A DNA stretch of 64,000 nucleotides from Nageia nagi. Its lineage: Eukaryota; Plantae; Pinophyta. Below the pieces are notes generated by a model that was given only the letters and a program-made list of their open reading frames with translations, was not told where the DNA came from and did no database searches. Below, in pieces: positions 40,101 to 54,549 of this stretch. Numbering within the stretch: position 1 is the first letter of the stretch; the number at the start of each line of letters is the position of its first letter. Position numbers and translations under genes: made by a program. The stretch covers positions 153,016,001 to 153,080,000 of the forward strand of contig JBITNC010000001.1 of the NCBI GenBank assembly GCA_050084985.1. Direction: 5' to 3'.

Positions 40101-40612
40101 AGATCAATCCAAACTTAGTTCCTCATCTTTATAGATCTAAATCAAATAATATATGTCATTACCTCTAATATTTTAGAAATGGAGGTCATTTGGTAATGTG
40201 AAATACTCTAAAGATCATTATGGTAAAGTGAATAAGGGTAAATAAGCCACACACATAGTGGCATCTAGGACTTGAAGAAATCTAGAGTTAAACATACCTA
40301 TACTAGAGTAAGCCAAAGTAGTCAAGAGGACCAAAATCAATAAAAAGACATAACAAAAACAAAATGTTGGAAATTTTAGAGTTGGTAGGCATGCTAAGTG
40401 TATATGCAGCAATAATTAATTTTTATCATTGAACTCCATTTGGTGGATTATGTTATCATGTAATCAATTTATGGTTATTTTATAGATGTTCACATAACTT
40501 ATTATTATTTTGTAGATATTTTAATGGCTCCTTATGCTCAATGTATTCTCAAAGTGGAATATATTGTAAGTATTGAGAAACATATATTCAAAATGATATA
40601 TAATGTAAGCAT

Positions 40613-40614
<2 letters not shown>

Positions 40615-40657
<43 letters not shown>
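40615..40657. repeat. (AT)n microsatellite, ~21 units
   Basis: Perfect AT run. Confidence 0.97.
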
Positions 40658-40661
<4 letters not shown>

Positions 40662-40839
40662 GCATAAAATAATTTCATAAAATGTGCTGATTGCAATATA
40701 TGGAAGGAATGGTTATATAGTGTTATATTTTTTAGTGTCTTACATCCATGTAGTCATGCATGTATAGTGAAATAGGTCTATAAATAATTCAAATTCATAA
40801 ATGTACCTATAATGAAACACTATACATGTATAGTTGAAT

Positions 40840-41800
40840 GCTCCCACAATGCACCTATATTATCTCACTTTGTCCAAAGATACTTGCATGAATTTTTTGT
40901 ATAATGTACACTATGAATACTTCACAAATGGGATGCAATACATAGATAGTATTTATATCTTGCAATTAAACAATGTAGAATCCAAAAAACTTATACTTTT
41001 TTCCATGTGAGTGAAAAGTGAACAATTTACAATACATGTTTATTAGTTGTGTTGGGCGTCTATATGAAATAAAAAGAATTTATAAAAAGCATGCCAATAA
41101 AACTTGATGTTGTAATATGGAATTATTTTATTAGTGCCTATAGATTTTATAACAAAATGTTGCATAGGCATTCAAGGATAAATAACTAGATGTAGTTTTA
41201 TTTCACATGTCATTATGATAATAGCCTTGATAAACATCTATGCAAAATGTAGCTATGAAGGTCTCTTAATGAAAGGAGGCTATTAATATTTTATCATCAT
41301 ATTAATCCCAAAATAGAATACAATACATGTATGGTTAACCTTCTATTCTATGTTAGGCATCTAGATGAAGCAAAAGACTATACAAATAGCACCCACAATG
41401 TATCCATATTATCTCACTTTGTCCAAAGATACTTGCATGATTTTTTTGTATAATATCATCCATGGAAAATTTAGCTATGGGATGCAATGCATAAATAATA
41501 TTTATAGCTCATAATTAAATAATGGAGAATTCAAAAAAGCTTATTGTTTTTTATATATGTAAACTAAAAGTGAACAATTTAGAATACATGTGTATTGGTT
41601 GTGTTGGACATCTAGATGAAGCAAAAGGAATTTATAAATAACATGTCAATAAAGAATGATGTTGCCATGTGAACTTGTTTGCCTATAGATTTCATAACAA
41701 AATGGGGCATGAACATTCAAGGATAAATAACTAGATGTGATTTTCTTTTGCATGCAATTGTGATAATAACCTTGATAAATATGTATGCAAAATATAGTTA
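40840..41800 (+). repeat. Two tandem copies (~550 bp period) containing PPR fragments
   Basis: cccacaatg...atattatctcactttgtccaaagatacttgcatga at ~40843 and ~41392; aaaagtgaacaattta, cattcaaggataaataactagatgt and ccttgataaa.at.tatgcaaaat shared. Confidence 0.85.
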
Positions 41801-42149
41801 TGCAACTAAGATACCACTATAAAAAATATAGATCATGGTTTAGAAATACCTAATTACTTTCTCATCTATCTACTTGTAAAGACACACCAATAGATGCTAC
41901 TTTAGAAATCACTATAAAAAGCTTTGACAAATCTATGAAATGTTATTTCTCACTCATTTACTATCTCCTTTGAAATATATTTTCTAAAAGATTAATGTGT
42001 TAATATCACCTTACTCAAAATCAGTTTGTTGATATAAAAGAATAAAATAAGATATAAATCAAAATAATTGTATTAATATAATAGTCCTTATATCAATGAC
42101 ATAATTAAAAAGAAGTCTCCTAGGATCAATAATTATACATGAGGGTCAT

Positions 42150-45100
42150 AAAAAATTTAATATCATGAATGAACTTTATTATATTTTTTCATGGTTGAAT
42201 AATTATACATGCATTGTTCACCTTCTTGATTGTGTAATAAGCTTTAAAATTCATTTTCAATATGCCATAAAACTTAAATCAAATGTGTGGATGTGTCTAA
42301 TTGATGATTGTAGATTACATAAGAATGTTGGAGTAGGGGAATTTTTGTCAAAAATCCTTTTTTTATTCAAGCCTAAAAGTTCTTCATCTTATATTCTTCT
42401 TTCTCATATTTATGTTGAATTGGATAGGTGGGATGATTCTTAAATAGTAATAAGATTTGTGAAATATAGAAGAATCAAGAAGCATAATTGAAAATAGATT
42501 TTCATTTAATGTTATGGTTGTAAAAATCCAGACAGATATGTATGCAAAATGTAAAAGAATACACAAGGCTTTAGAATTATTTGATAAGATGCACAATGAA
42601 AATATAATTCCATGTATTGCAATGATCATAATATTTACATAAAATAGATTTGTCGAAAGGGCCCACAAATTATTTGATAAAATGCTTCAGAGAGATGCAA
42701 CTCATGGGCTACAATGATCCCAAGATATACACAAGATGGGTTTTCTAAAAAGGATCTAGAAAATTTTAAGCATATATGATTGTTAGGTGTATAGAAAAAC
42801 TCTAAAACAATTTCAAGCACTCTTACAACATGTGCCACAATTGGAGCCTCAAAGAAGGTATAAACATCCATCAAAGAGTAATTGAAAATGGCTTATCATC
42901 AAATGTAGTAGTTATGAATGTTGTGATAGATATGTATGAAAAATATGGAAGAATACATAAGTCCTAAGAATTATTTGATAAGATGCATGATGTAGACATA
43001 GTTTTGTGGACTGTAATTTTTGGAGGATATGCATAGCATGATGCAAACATAGTTTCATGGACTATAATGATTGCATGATATGTACATTGAAAGAGCCCAT
43101 GATTTTTTTTTAATGCTTCATTTAGATGCAATATCATTGACTACAATGATCCTAGGATATGCACAAAATGAATTTTTTGAAAAGGCTCTAGAGACTTTTA
43201 AGCACATGAAATTATCAATTATAGATTCGAAAACTGCAACTTTTCTAGTATTCTTATAATATGTGTCACCATGGAGGTATTAAATAAGGTATGAACACCC
43301 ATAAAAGAGTAGTTAAAACTATATTTTCATTGAATTTTGTTGTTATGAATTCTCTAATAGATATGTATGCAAAATATGGAAGAATACACAAGGACTAGTA
43401 AAATTATTTGATTAGATGCATGATGCTGATACAATTTTATGGATTTAAATTCTTGGAGGATGTGAAAAACATGATGTAAATATAGTTTCATAGAATAAAA
43501 TGAGCATAATATATGTATAGAATAGATAAATTGCAAGGGCCTATGAATTGATTGATAAAATGTATCATGGAGATGCAATATTATGGTCTAGAATGATACT
43601 AAGATATGCACAAAATGGGTTTTTAGAAAAGCCTTTAGAGAATTTTAAGCACATGCAATTATCAGGTGTAAAGCCACACTCTGCAACCTTCTTCAACATT
43701 CTTACAATATGTACCATTATGGGTGGTCTCAAAGAAGGTATGAACACTCATCAAAGAGTAGTTGAAAATTGCTTTTCAAAGAATGTTATGGTTATGAATT
43801 CCCTGAAAGATATGTATGCAAAATGTGGAAGAATACATAAGGTCTAAGAATTATTTCACAACATGCATGATGCAAATATAATTTCATGAATGAAAATTGT
43901 TTGAGGATATTTAATTTATGGTTATAGAAAGGATTCCCTTAAACTCTTTAATCTGGTGAAGCACTTAGAAAGTTGAAAACCAACATTGAAAATATAACCT
44001 TTGTTTGTTTTCTACTTGCATGCAACTATTCATATATAGTGGATAAGGACTAAAAATACTCTAATTGCATAAGGGCATTTTATTAAATTATTATTTTGGG
44101 ATATACCCTATAGAAATATATGTAAAATATGAAAAAATAAATAAGAACCAAAAATTAACCTCGAATCTTCTATTTCTCATGATCGACGTAGGGATATGGA
44201 GCATGGAATATTGTACTTGGTAATGATCTATTTTTCCCTTACTGAGATGATCTAGTTGGAGTGATTGAAAAGACATAATAGTAATATCTTTCTTATGGCT
44301 AAACAACCCACACTTGAGATCACCCCTTTTAGGGTGATAGAGGGATCATACTATTTGATCCATTTTCTTACTTCTCATTCAAAGGTTCATAGAAAGCATA
44401 AATCATTAAAATTTATTAAATGTTTCCTTTACAAAAGGAATATGCTATAAAATATATCAAATTTAGCATAGTTAGGTATTGGATCTAGTATTTAGCAGAT
44501 AAAATTATTGAAGATATGTAAATATATGTAAGATGTAAATAAAATTTATGTAGTAGAGTGATTGAAGGATATGCAATTCATGGTTATAACAAGGATTCCC
44601 TTGAACTCTTTAATATGATGAAGCACTTGGGACCAACCCTAAAAATGTAACCTTTGTATATGTTCTACATGTATGTAACCATGTAAATCTAGTGTATGAG
44701 AGTTATATATACTTTAATAATATGAATGAATTTTATTGCATCATTCCTAAGATTCATAAATTTATAGCATGTTTGATACAATTTAGCATAGTTGGGGATT
44801 GGATCTATGTGTATTGGATGAGGGTTGTAAATATTTTAATAGCATATGTGAATTTTATTACATTATTCTTGGGATGAATTATTATACATACATTGTTAAC
44901 CTTCTTGGCCTTGCAAGCTATCATTATCAAGATGCTTATAAAACTTGAATCAGGTGTGTGGAAAGTGATCAATACTTATATGACCTACAAATACATGTAT
45001 GATTGAGTTTCTTGTTCATGTTGAGTGTTTATATTAAGAAAATGAATTTATAAATAGCATGCCAATAAACCATATGGCTTTAGTGTGGAGTGGTTTGCTT

Positions 45101-45330
45101 CATACCTTGACTAGTTTTCTAGTAATAGTAATGGAGTCATCTACCTTGTACTACTCACCTTCCTCATCCTCTTTTTCTCATATTTATTTTATTTTCTTGT
45201 AATTAATTTTTAATAATGAGTAAAATTATATAATACATGTGTGATTTACTTTCTTGGTCATGTTGGGAATTTAGATGAAAATACTAGATAAAAAGCATGC
45301 CAAATGACCTTCCTTGTCATGTTGGCTTCA
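42150..45330 (+). pseudogene. PLS/E-class pentatricopeptide repeat (PPR) pseudogene fragments, rearranged
   Basis: DMYAKCKRIHKALELFDKM, WSRMILRYAQNGFLEKPLENFKHMQLSGVKPHSATF, MNSLKDMYAKCGRIHK; E-domain VWMCLIDDCRLHKNVGVGE...SYILLSHIYVELDRWDD at 42165-42443; many stops. Confidence 0.92.
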
Positions 45331-46544
45331 TACATTCACAAGTTTACACATAATTGTCATGAATTGATTTTTAAAATATCAAATAAACTCACAAAATACA
45401 ACAAGAGGTTCAATTTATCCTCATCAAGATGCTCCTTATTCATCTCCTTCTAATTTTGAAGCCTATTTGGCACCTCCCCCTTCTATTGAAAGATCTCAAA
45501 AAGCTCACACACGTTCTCTACCTAAGAAAAACTACATAAATTTCAAATAAACCCACTATTTTACTTTGTGATATTAAATATATATGCATAGTAAAAAAAT
45601 AGAGTTGACATCATTTTACTTTGTGATAGTAAATAAATGGATATAATGAAAAAGGTAACGAATATATAGCTAAGAGAAGATTTTGAGGACTATGGAACTT
45701 TTTCTAGTACCTCTCCATAGAGAAATTTTCCATTTTCTTCTACAAAAACTTCAGCATAATGTTGCTTTCTTTTCTTATTTTATCACCTTGTGGGAGTCTA
45801 TCTCTTTAGAGTGGTGCACTTTGCAAAATTTTGTGCAGGTACCAAATTTTGTAATATGCCCACCCAAACTTTTTTTATTTTTTAATGGAGTTAAATTTTA
45901 CTATGCATTTTTATTGCCATTGTATCACATATTAAGGGAGTTTATTACTGTTATATAAAACACCTTATATAGTCAAGTATAATCAGGGTTTAATACCACT
46001 CAAATTAATTACCTTATATACCTAGATAAAATGATAGTTAAAAAGTGTCGTTAGAGAATTGTCATAAATTAATCATCATTAAAGCTTGATTTTATTGTAG
46101 TGTAATTTATATATCATAGATAAATAATTGTATTATTGTTATAAATGGTTTTATTATTATGTTTTTTTGTAAACCCATAGCTTATAATATTTTAATAAAA
46201 ATCATAGGATTTTTTCAACCCCTGCTTTTGTATGTCTTGTTGGAAACCTTATAATTTTTATAAAAACCTAGAAGTCATCATGGTTAGTCATGAATTCTTT
46301 GACATATTTTGGAACTTAGTGTGTACTACCTTTATACCTTCAAATGTATATATTATAGAAGAATAAACTATAATAAAAAATGTTGAATAAGTGTTGTTAT
46401 TGATATACTAAAATGGAGGAAAAGGTTAAATAAAATACTTAATGGAGAAATAAAACTAATAAGGGAAAATGTTACTCAAGATAATAATGATTATGATCAT
46501 AAATATGCTAGGATAAATGCATATGAAGATATCTATAAGTTAGT

Positions 46545-47400
46545 GTTGACACTTAATTTGTATATCTAATATCCTAAGTTAATTATCATATTACTTAATT
46601 TGTAATATAATCTATTTTAATTTTATATCAAATATTATGTCCATTTAAGTTGAATTATATTATCTTCTCATGTTGTTTATATTTTTATATCGAAGGATCC
46701 TAATATCATTTCTCTCATTTAGATGTGCATTTTGATGGTTTTCTTTCCTATAAAAGGTGGTAATGTAACATGAGGAGACTATAAAGTTTTTTTATCTCGG
46801 TAGATATAATCAAATAATAAAAAAACATAAGGCATCTCTTAATATCACCTATCAAGATTAGGTTTTGGTTTATCACATGATAATTTTTCATTTATATTTC
46901 AATACCATGATTTATCATGCTTATCATACTTTATATATTGCTTGGGATATGGATTATGAAGGCTAACTTTTCGAGAAGAATAGTATCAATGCTATGCATG
47001 ACATTTGAGATTGTTTGAAATATTATCCTGATTATTGAGTATTACATCCAAGATTCAAATCCAATGACAAGTTAGATTTTAGCATACAAATGATCATCCA
47101 AGTAAAGTGATAAGTATATCTCTCATGATCTATTTCTCATAGTTCATAAATATGGTTCAATAGTATAAGTACCATTATTACTAATTTATATTTTTGTAGT
47201 ACTTCATTTTATTATGTATTGTTCACACATAGTTAATTCATAGGATACTAAAGTTCATTCAATAGTAAGTTCCTAGATTTATATAAGATGTTTATGCATA
47301 ATTAGCTTAGAGGGTTAATTTTAAATATATACATATTGGTGAACATGATGTTTTTTAGCTTTGAAAATATAAAAAATAGGGTTTGATAAAATATCATAAT
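46545..47400 (+). mobile_element. Probable decayed LTR
   Basis: Starts TGTTGACAC, TATAAAAGG at ~46750, followed by TGGTATTTGG near 47405; no second copy in window. Confidence 0.35.
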
Positions 47401-47843
47401 GCTTGGTATTTGGAACATATTTACAAACTTATATACTTGTAAGCCATTTTACACTCTTGGAAATAAATATATAAATTCTTTTTGTGAGAAAAGTAATAAG
47501 GAATGCAATCCTTCTAATCCCAAGGAAAAAATATACAAAGAGGAAGGGTATTAATGTCGAAAGAAAAAAATTCAAAGATTAAGGAAGTAATACTTATTAT
47601 CAACAAGTTAAATCTAGGTCTCTTTATATAGTTGAAAAGGAAGGATCTTATCATGGAGTCATTTATGATACCCACTATAACAAAAAATTTATATCACTAG
47701 TTTAATAAGTTCAATAAAGCAATTAATATATTGAGAGGCTTAGACTAATGGAGAATCCTAAGATGAATAATTTTAAACCATATCAAATTAGAGGATGGTT
47801 AATGTTAATAGGAGAGAATGAAAAACTAAAGCTTAATGACTTA

Positions 47844-48450
47844 GTGTTGAATATAAAAGTGCATCCTAGGCAATCCTATGATTCTCAAGTGCATTCTATG
47901 ATCTAGCAATGGGTTTTTGAATGAATATGGTGGGATAGGGTACTCATATATGAATATGCTTGCTCAATCTCTAGAGTAGGCTAGATCCTTATAATATGAG
48001 GTTAAAAGTGTAGGAATGAGATAAATAATAGGAAATAAACAATTGAAGGAAAATGCAGGAAAAAAGTATACATGGAGGAAATACAATAAGTAAATACTAA
48101 AATTAAATAATTTAAACCAACTAAAACTAATCAACCCTAGGCACTATTAGCTAAGGCTATAGTCCATTGCTAAGTGTAGGGAATAACAAGTTGGCCATTG
48201 TTAGAATCTTACAATTACATCACAAAGCTATAATTATAATCATATGTATTTATACATCTAAAGATAACAAATTTGATAGCCACAAATAGTAGAGGGAAAG
48301 CTAATTGTATTATATTGAAATATATGAAGATACATGCACTACAAGGAGGGATACAATGCTCAAAGTCTAACCCTTTATTTATCTATTTACAAACATTTAT
48401 AGAAGAATTTACATAGTAGGGAGATAAGCTCTTGTGAATCCTACATAAGC
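47844..48450 (-). mobile_element. Probable LTR fragment related to the Tat-type LTRs at 8.4 and 17.2 kb
   Basis: Shares atagccacaaa..gtagagggaaa...gtatt..att...atatat.aa with ~8857-8910; starts TGTTGA. Confidence 0.4.
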
Positions 48451-48499
48451 AAAAAATTTAATGCCTAGAAGGCTTCATTCATGGTTCAATGCTAAATAA

Positions 48500-51400
48500 A
48501 TTCTAGTAGTAGTACTACTCTAAATATTTAATGTTCACTTGTCTATTGAAACTATTGTTTATCATCATATGATCTAGTAATTTCTCCATTTAGCAGCCAG
48601 TGATGGATATTTTATAGTAATCTTTTCAAATTAGCTCATTTGTATTTGGTATTTATTTAGCTTAATAGCTTGTGCAACAAGTGCTTATTGTAATATACTT
48701 GTACTATTTCATAATATTCTAGGCTCTATGTATTACAACTCTAATAATTTTTGATTGGTCATTAGATAACTACTTTGCTAGTGTGTATGGCTCATGGCTC
48801 CTAAGTGATAATATCAGTCTATGATATATTGATATTGATGCAACTATCTCCTAATTCTATGGAAAAGTGTGTGTCAATGTTGACCCAATAACATAGTCAT
48901 GGGGGTCTCACATACTAGATTCTATGGACCCAAGTGTTGGTGCAAGTGTTGGATGCTTGGTCATAGTCATTTTAAAACCTTTGAGTTTTATAATGTTATT
49001 GCATATTTAATAACTAATTACTACAACTATTAGGATTGGGGACTTTTTGTGGGGTACTGATATCATGCTTAAAAATTCCCACAATTCTAACTACTTCTTA
49101 TTCATTACTTTACCACCATATGGTCTTTGATTTTTAGGGATTAAATTTTTGAGAGCTATTATTCATTGGGATATCATCAATCACTTAGAATTTGAGTCTT
49201 TTATATACAAGAAGAGAACAATGGTTGAAAATATCTTGAGTTTTACTATTCATCACTATCTACTTCTAGGTTCCAAAAATTTTAGAGTTAGGGATGACTT
49301 CTTTAAATAAAAGTTTCCTAGGTCTACTATCAATAACTTATTATTTCTCTTCAATCTCAAGGTCTTATAGATTTAGGGGAATTTATAGTTAAGGATGATG
49401 TCACTCATCAAAATTGACTTGGCTTTAGGTGCTTAAAATACTTTATAAAATTTTATACCTAATCTTGTATATCTCCTACACCTTGGTGTAATACTACCAC
49501 CTATTCTTAATAATGTTTTAAGCTATTCTTGATATCCCAAACCCTAAAATTTTAGAACTAATTTTTTTATTAGTTTAAACACTTGAATGATGTAGGAATG
49601 GACTACGTGATCTATACTAACATATCAACATTGCTAGCTAAGTAGCACTCATATGGCAAGATAGGATAAAATTTGGATTAACCAATCTTGATTAAATCTT
49701 TTTTGGTGTTCACTCCATAACTCTCATCTTATTGGGATACATCTCATACTTGACTCCACCATTTCTACTCCATGTACCATGCAACAAACATTCTGATCAT
49801 GGTGTAGTGGTTTTCTACTTGAGGCCCATATCATTCAAGAGAACATACATCCACTAGGTTACACATCCTCTCCTAATGATAACCCTTCAAATCATAGGAG
49901 TGGATAGTTTGTTCTATAAAAACTTCCTTATAAGAAAGTAAACATCATTTCCTATGGAAAAGTCATCATACTCATATATTCTAAACTACAAGTAGTTTGA
50001 ATACTAAATTATCCTCACTTGGTAATTGTATTTTTATTAATTGCTACCCTCATATGACACTTTATCAAGGATATGAGAAACTAGCCTATCCATATCTATT
50101 GGCTAGGCTCACCATGGGTTCTGGCATCCCTATGCCCATATCTTAGGGATCCATTTGGTATTGTAACAATACCTTCAAGTGGTTTTTATATTTTAATAAA
50201 TTTTAAGCAAGATTATAAAATAAAATGACCAATGTCATATCAATACTAAAATAAGTGACCCTAAATTAATTATTAAGATTTGTAGGCTACATGCTTGTAC
50301 TTAGCTTTAGGTGTTATCTATAACAAACCATCCTTCATATTTAAAAATCAATCAATAATAATGTATATAGGAAAGTTTAAGCTAAGCTTGTTTAGGAAGT
50401 TACACAAGATATTAGGTAGTACTATAATTATCCCACACACATGGAGTTGCATATTTAGTACTACTTTATAAGGGTTCACATGCTAGAATCTAGTAACGTG
50501 CCTTGAGATGACATTGAATTCAACTACTTCTAAAAAGGAATTGTAGAATAAAGTGGTCCTCACTCAAGGTATATTATTTTTTCTTATTGTTTAGTGAGTG
50601 AGAGTTTGACTAACAAATATTCTATATCACTTTTACTCATTATTGATACAATCCATAAGTTTCATTCCTACTTTAATTCTATTGAGTCGATTCCATTCTT
50701 TTAGGGTTTATCTTTTAACCTAGGTAATTTTCAAGTTTTAACTTTGACCTTCATTAAAAGATACATTATTAATTTAGTGCTATATGAGCGTTTCATTATG
50801 ATTGAACCCATGTCCATTTATACTCAAAACTTGAAGCTATTATTCCTAAGAATAGGTTTTCTACATTATTAGTTCCAATCATGTTATAAGCTTTTCTCCT
50901 TTTCTATTAATAGCAAAATAACACATATTATGGTTTATTAAGTAGATTTATTCTACCAAATCATCACTATTAGGTTATCCCATTTGGTTTCTTTACAATA
51001 TATAAGGACCCCTAGGGTCATCCAAATTGTTATCAACTTATGTTTTCCTTAGGGACATTAGGGTTGTGTTTATATTAATAATTAAGATATACTTTTACTT
51101 CCCTTAATAAATGAGTTTATTACTATGTGCATTAATAAAAATGTACTAAGTCCCTTCTTTGATCCATTTACAAGCACATAGTGTTAATAATATCAATCCC
51201 TAAGGTTTGATCCATACTTCAATATAGTATTACCAAAAGATTATCTTGTATTACAGATCCTTTCTTTTTATATAATGTGGATTATAACTTAGCTTGTGAG
51301 CATCTTGGGATGTTAGTATTGTTTTATACTATTAGCTATAGCTATAATATAAATGCAACCTAGGTCAATATATCATGTAGGAGAACTAAGATTATCCCAT

Positions 51401-54333
51401 GACATTAAGGGCCTTCCTAAGTATCATTTGTACTTATATAAATAAAAGCATAATTTGAATTAACACTGACCATTTACATAATAATTCTAATTTATTTTTT
51501 TCATCATCTCTTATCCTTATACTCATAATGTTCTTGTGTTACCCATTAATTGTCTTCATATAGGAATACATTTAGAGTCCCTACATTCGAATGAGAACAT
51601 ATCATAGGGTAGACATATTTAAATAACATTAATGGATTATAAGTAGTTTCTAAGTAGGGTTTCATCAAAACTTGCATTCCATATAAAAATTGATACATGA
51701 TGATACTAAATTACAATGAATTAGGGAAACCCTTATTAATCACAAGGGGGTTCCCTTACAATCTTAGATGTACAAATACATGGTATATACATCAAAGCTT
51801 AGTATATAATGGATTAAATATAACTTCATCCTCCTTGGCGTATATTCTACCATCTTCATATTTCAAACTTTTTCCCAAGGATCTAAAGATTATTGGTTTG
51901 GGTACTAAGAAAGGTTTGGAGTCTTTGAGGATCAAGATAACCCTTTCTTGTTTATGAGCATGATGTAAATGAAATTATCTATATGACATCTCATTCCTTT
52001 AATGTACCTACAAAGGTTTTATTTCCTCTCTAGGACTATCTCCCTTCCTAAATCACATGGTAAAAGTTTCAAGATCTAATCAATACTCATGAACCTTACT
52101 CAAAGTATTGTCATTGCAACATCATACTATACATCCTCAATTATTAATTTTCTACCTTTGTAATTTGATTACATGAAATATGTACATATTATTTATTATA
52201 ATTAATTAATACTTCATAATATAAATCTTATTGAACCTTAACAATCTCATTCCTTTCCCATATTATACTAATTATAACAACAATTTCACATCATTGTTAG
52301 AAAATTATATACTACGGAGCAATGGAACACATAAAATATTGTAGAAAATATAAACACAAAAAATGCATAAACAAGAGAGACACAGATATATGTGGTTCAC
52401 CCAGTTTGGGCTACGTCCACACCAAATAGCTAGTCCTTCCTTTCTATTATCCAGCAAAGTGAAGAAATACAACCTACAACAGATCTATTGTAATATCCTC
52501 TATTTTCTCTCATAGTATCACGTCTCTATTTCTACTCACCAACACACGTCTACTACAATGCCCTCATACAAAGAGAGGGGTTTTTATCTAGGGAAAAAAA
52601 CCCTAAACCAAACATAAGTTCTACTGTCAGATCATTCACCTAATGAATGGCCCAGATTGATTAGAAATTACTATACTTTTACAAGATGATTTTACATCTA
52701 TTTTTAGCTTTGGGGGTGCTACCCCTGAACCCCCATCGGGGGACCACTAGCCCCCAGACCTCCCAGCTGGGGGGGACATTTCCCCCCAAACCCCTGCAGG
52801 GGGACAAGTCCACCCTACAACCCCCCCGCGTGGAGGGGTGTATAAACTTCCTGGGGTATACATCCGGTTGAAATAAAGAATTTTGAACAATCATGCTCCA
52901 CACACAACAATCATACCAAAAATTAGTGTATTATAAGATTCTACTATGGTATTAAATGTTTAGTTATGGAATATCTAAAAAAAATATTTAATTAAAGTTA
53001 GCCATCATCCATTCCCACTACCCATGCTTTGTAAAAGATAAATTTATTACCATATTACCGTAAGATGTGTGCAAAAAAACCTGGTCATCATGGGAGATTT
53101 AATGCTTCGTAATTGGATGGTTTCTCTAAAATGTATTCAAAGAGGTATCATTTGTAGTAAGATGATGTTGGATTTGAAGGATTTCAAAGCATTGAAGTGC
53201 TACTTGTTACTAAGAAATTAGGTCTAACAAGTACTTTTGGAGGTTTGGGAATATAGTGACATCATCCTCATTACCCTGGTGCTACTCACTTCGTATAAGA
53301 CTTGATAAGGTACTCTCAAGGATTAGAAATATGGTATCACAAATTAGAAGTCTCTAATGCTTTTCATGGCATCGTTAATGAGGAGGAAACATGGATAAAG
53401 AGAAAGAGGCACATTTTACAAGAGCTCAAGAGATATAGTTCCTAAGGCGCAAGAGAGTTCCCACTCAAGGATTGAGATGAGGTGAAAATAAATCCCTTGC
53501 TTTCAAATTCAAAAAGGGACTACATGAGCATGGGATGAGAATAGTGTCATAAAGTAAATAATTACTTGAACATCCAAAAATGTATGGAAAAGGTCTTCGA
53601 TTTTCCCTCCCTTGGTTACACTATTTTATGATTAGAAAATAACTTGAATCAATGCTCTATAACATTACAAAGTTTAAACTAGAAAAGGTTGTAGACTTTA
53701 ACATTTCACTATACATGCAACATAGGGAGAAGACATTAGCACATGATAAACATTCTCTCCACACTTTACCTATTATTCCATCCTATGGTCTTCAAGATGG
53801 ATACTAAAAACTTGCTTAGAATGCTTATGAGGAAAGAGGGAGGCTAAGAGAAGAATTAAGGCCTTTCCTAAAATAACTCCCATGAGCATTCATGTCATGG
53901 TTGTGTACAAAGAGTAGTCCTTTCAACCAATAAATTAATACATGCATCATATGACTATGGTACTCATTTTCTAGCATATTTTATATGAAGAATAATCAAC
54001 TATACCACCTTCCAATATAAGAGGTACAAAGCTTCACATGTAACTATCAAATACAATAATGAAGTGTCTCTTCAATAAGTGGTAATAATATTACTTGCAA
54101 TTTAACCTCATTAATATGTATTCATAAACCTTCATCAAGCATTCTCTTCTTCAAAACATACCAAATAATATCAAATTAATCCATATTTTAGCTATACCTT
54201 ATATAAAATGCAAAAAGGAAAGCACATGAATTTGAGATGGGAGGCTTCTTCTCTCCATGGTACTCTAAACCAAAGCTTGTAAATGACAAGGTAGTAGTAG
54301 TGTATTTTTCTAAGGTTCCTCCTTTTGTTTATA
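48500..54333 (-). pseudogene. Multi-exon pseudogene of unknown family, copy A (3' end uncertain)
   Basis: TATAAA 54333-54328, first exon MERRSLPSQIH from ATG 54258, internal exon relic LPCDLGREIVLER...GYLDP...DPWEK...DGRIYAKE at ~52090-51830; collinear homology to copy B. Confidence 0.55.
52295..52909. mobile_element. Solo LTR (615 bp), copia-like, with perfect TSD
   Basis: TGTTAG...CAACA flanked by ATCAT on both sides (52290-52294, 52910-52914); motif tgtggttcacccagtttgggctac resembles gaggttcaccaatttggctac in the Sirevirus-like LTR; retains CpG. Confidence 0.88.
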
Positions 54334-54549
54334 GCCAAGGTGGTTATAATATTTTCAAACAAGTGTCTATTCATCCACTTCAATAAGTTTTGTGGAGAAG
54401 ATGTAGGTATTATATTTTTTTTTGTAGTGGGTCTAAATTAATTTTGTTGGCATGTGTGGTGTCATAAAATATTTTGGACTCTTTTATATTAGACTACAAA
54501 TTGATTCCAATTATTTCATACACCTTACATAAAGCAACAAATTATGTGT

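Noticed and set aside
40840-40960. Possible DYW domain remnant in the PPR-associated duplication
   Set aside because: No HxE, CxxC or DYW residues could be read in any frame I tried
52679-52903. Overlapping ORFs in the solo LTR
   Set aside because: Result of GC-rich sequence lacking stop codons; no coding evidence
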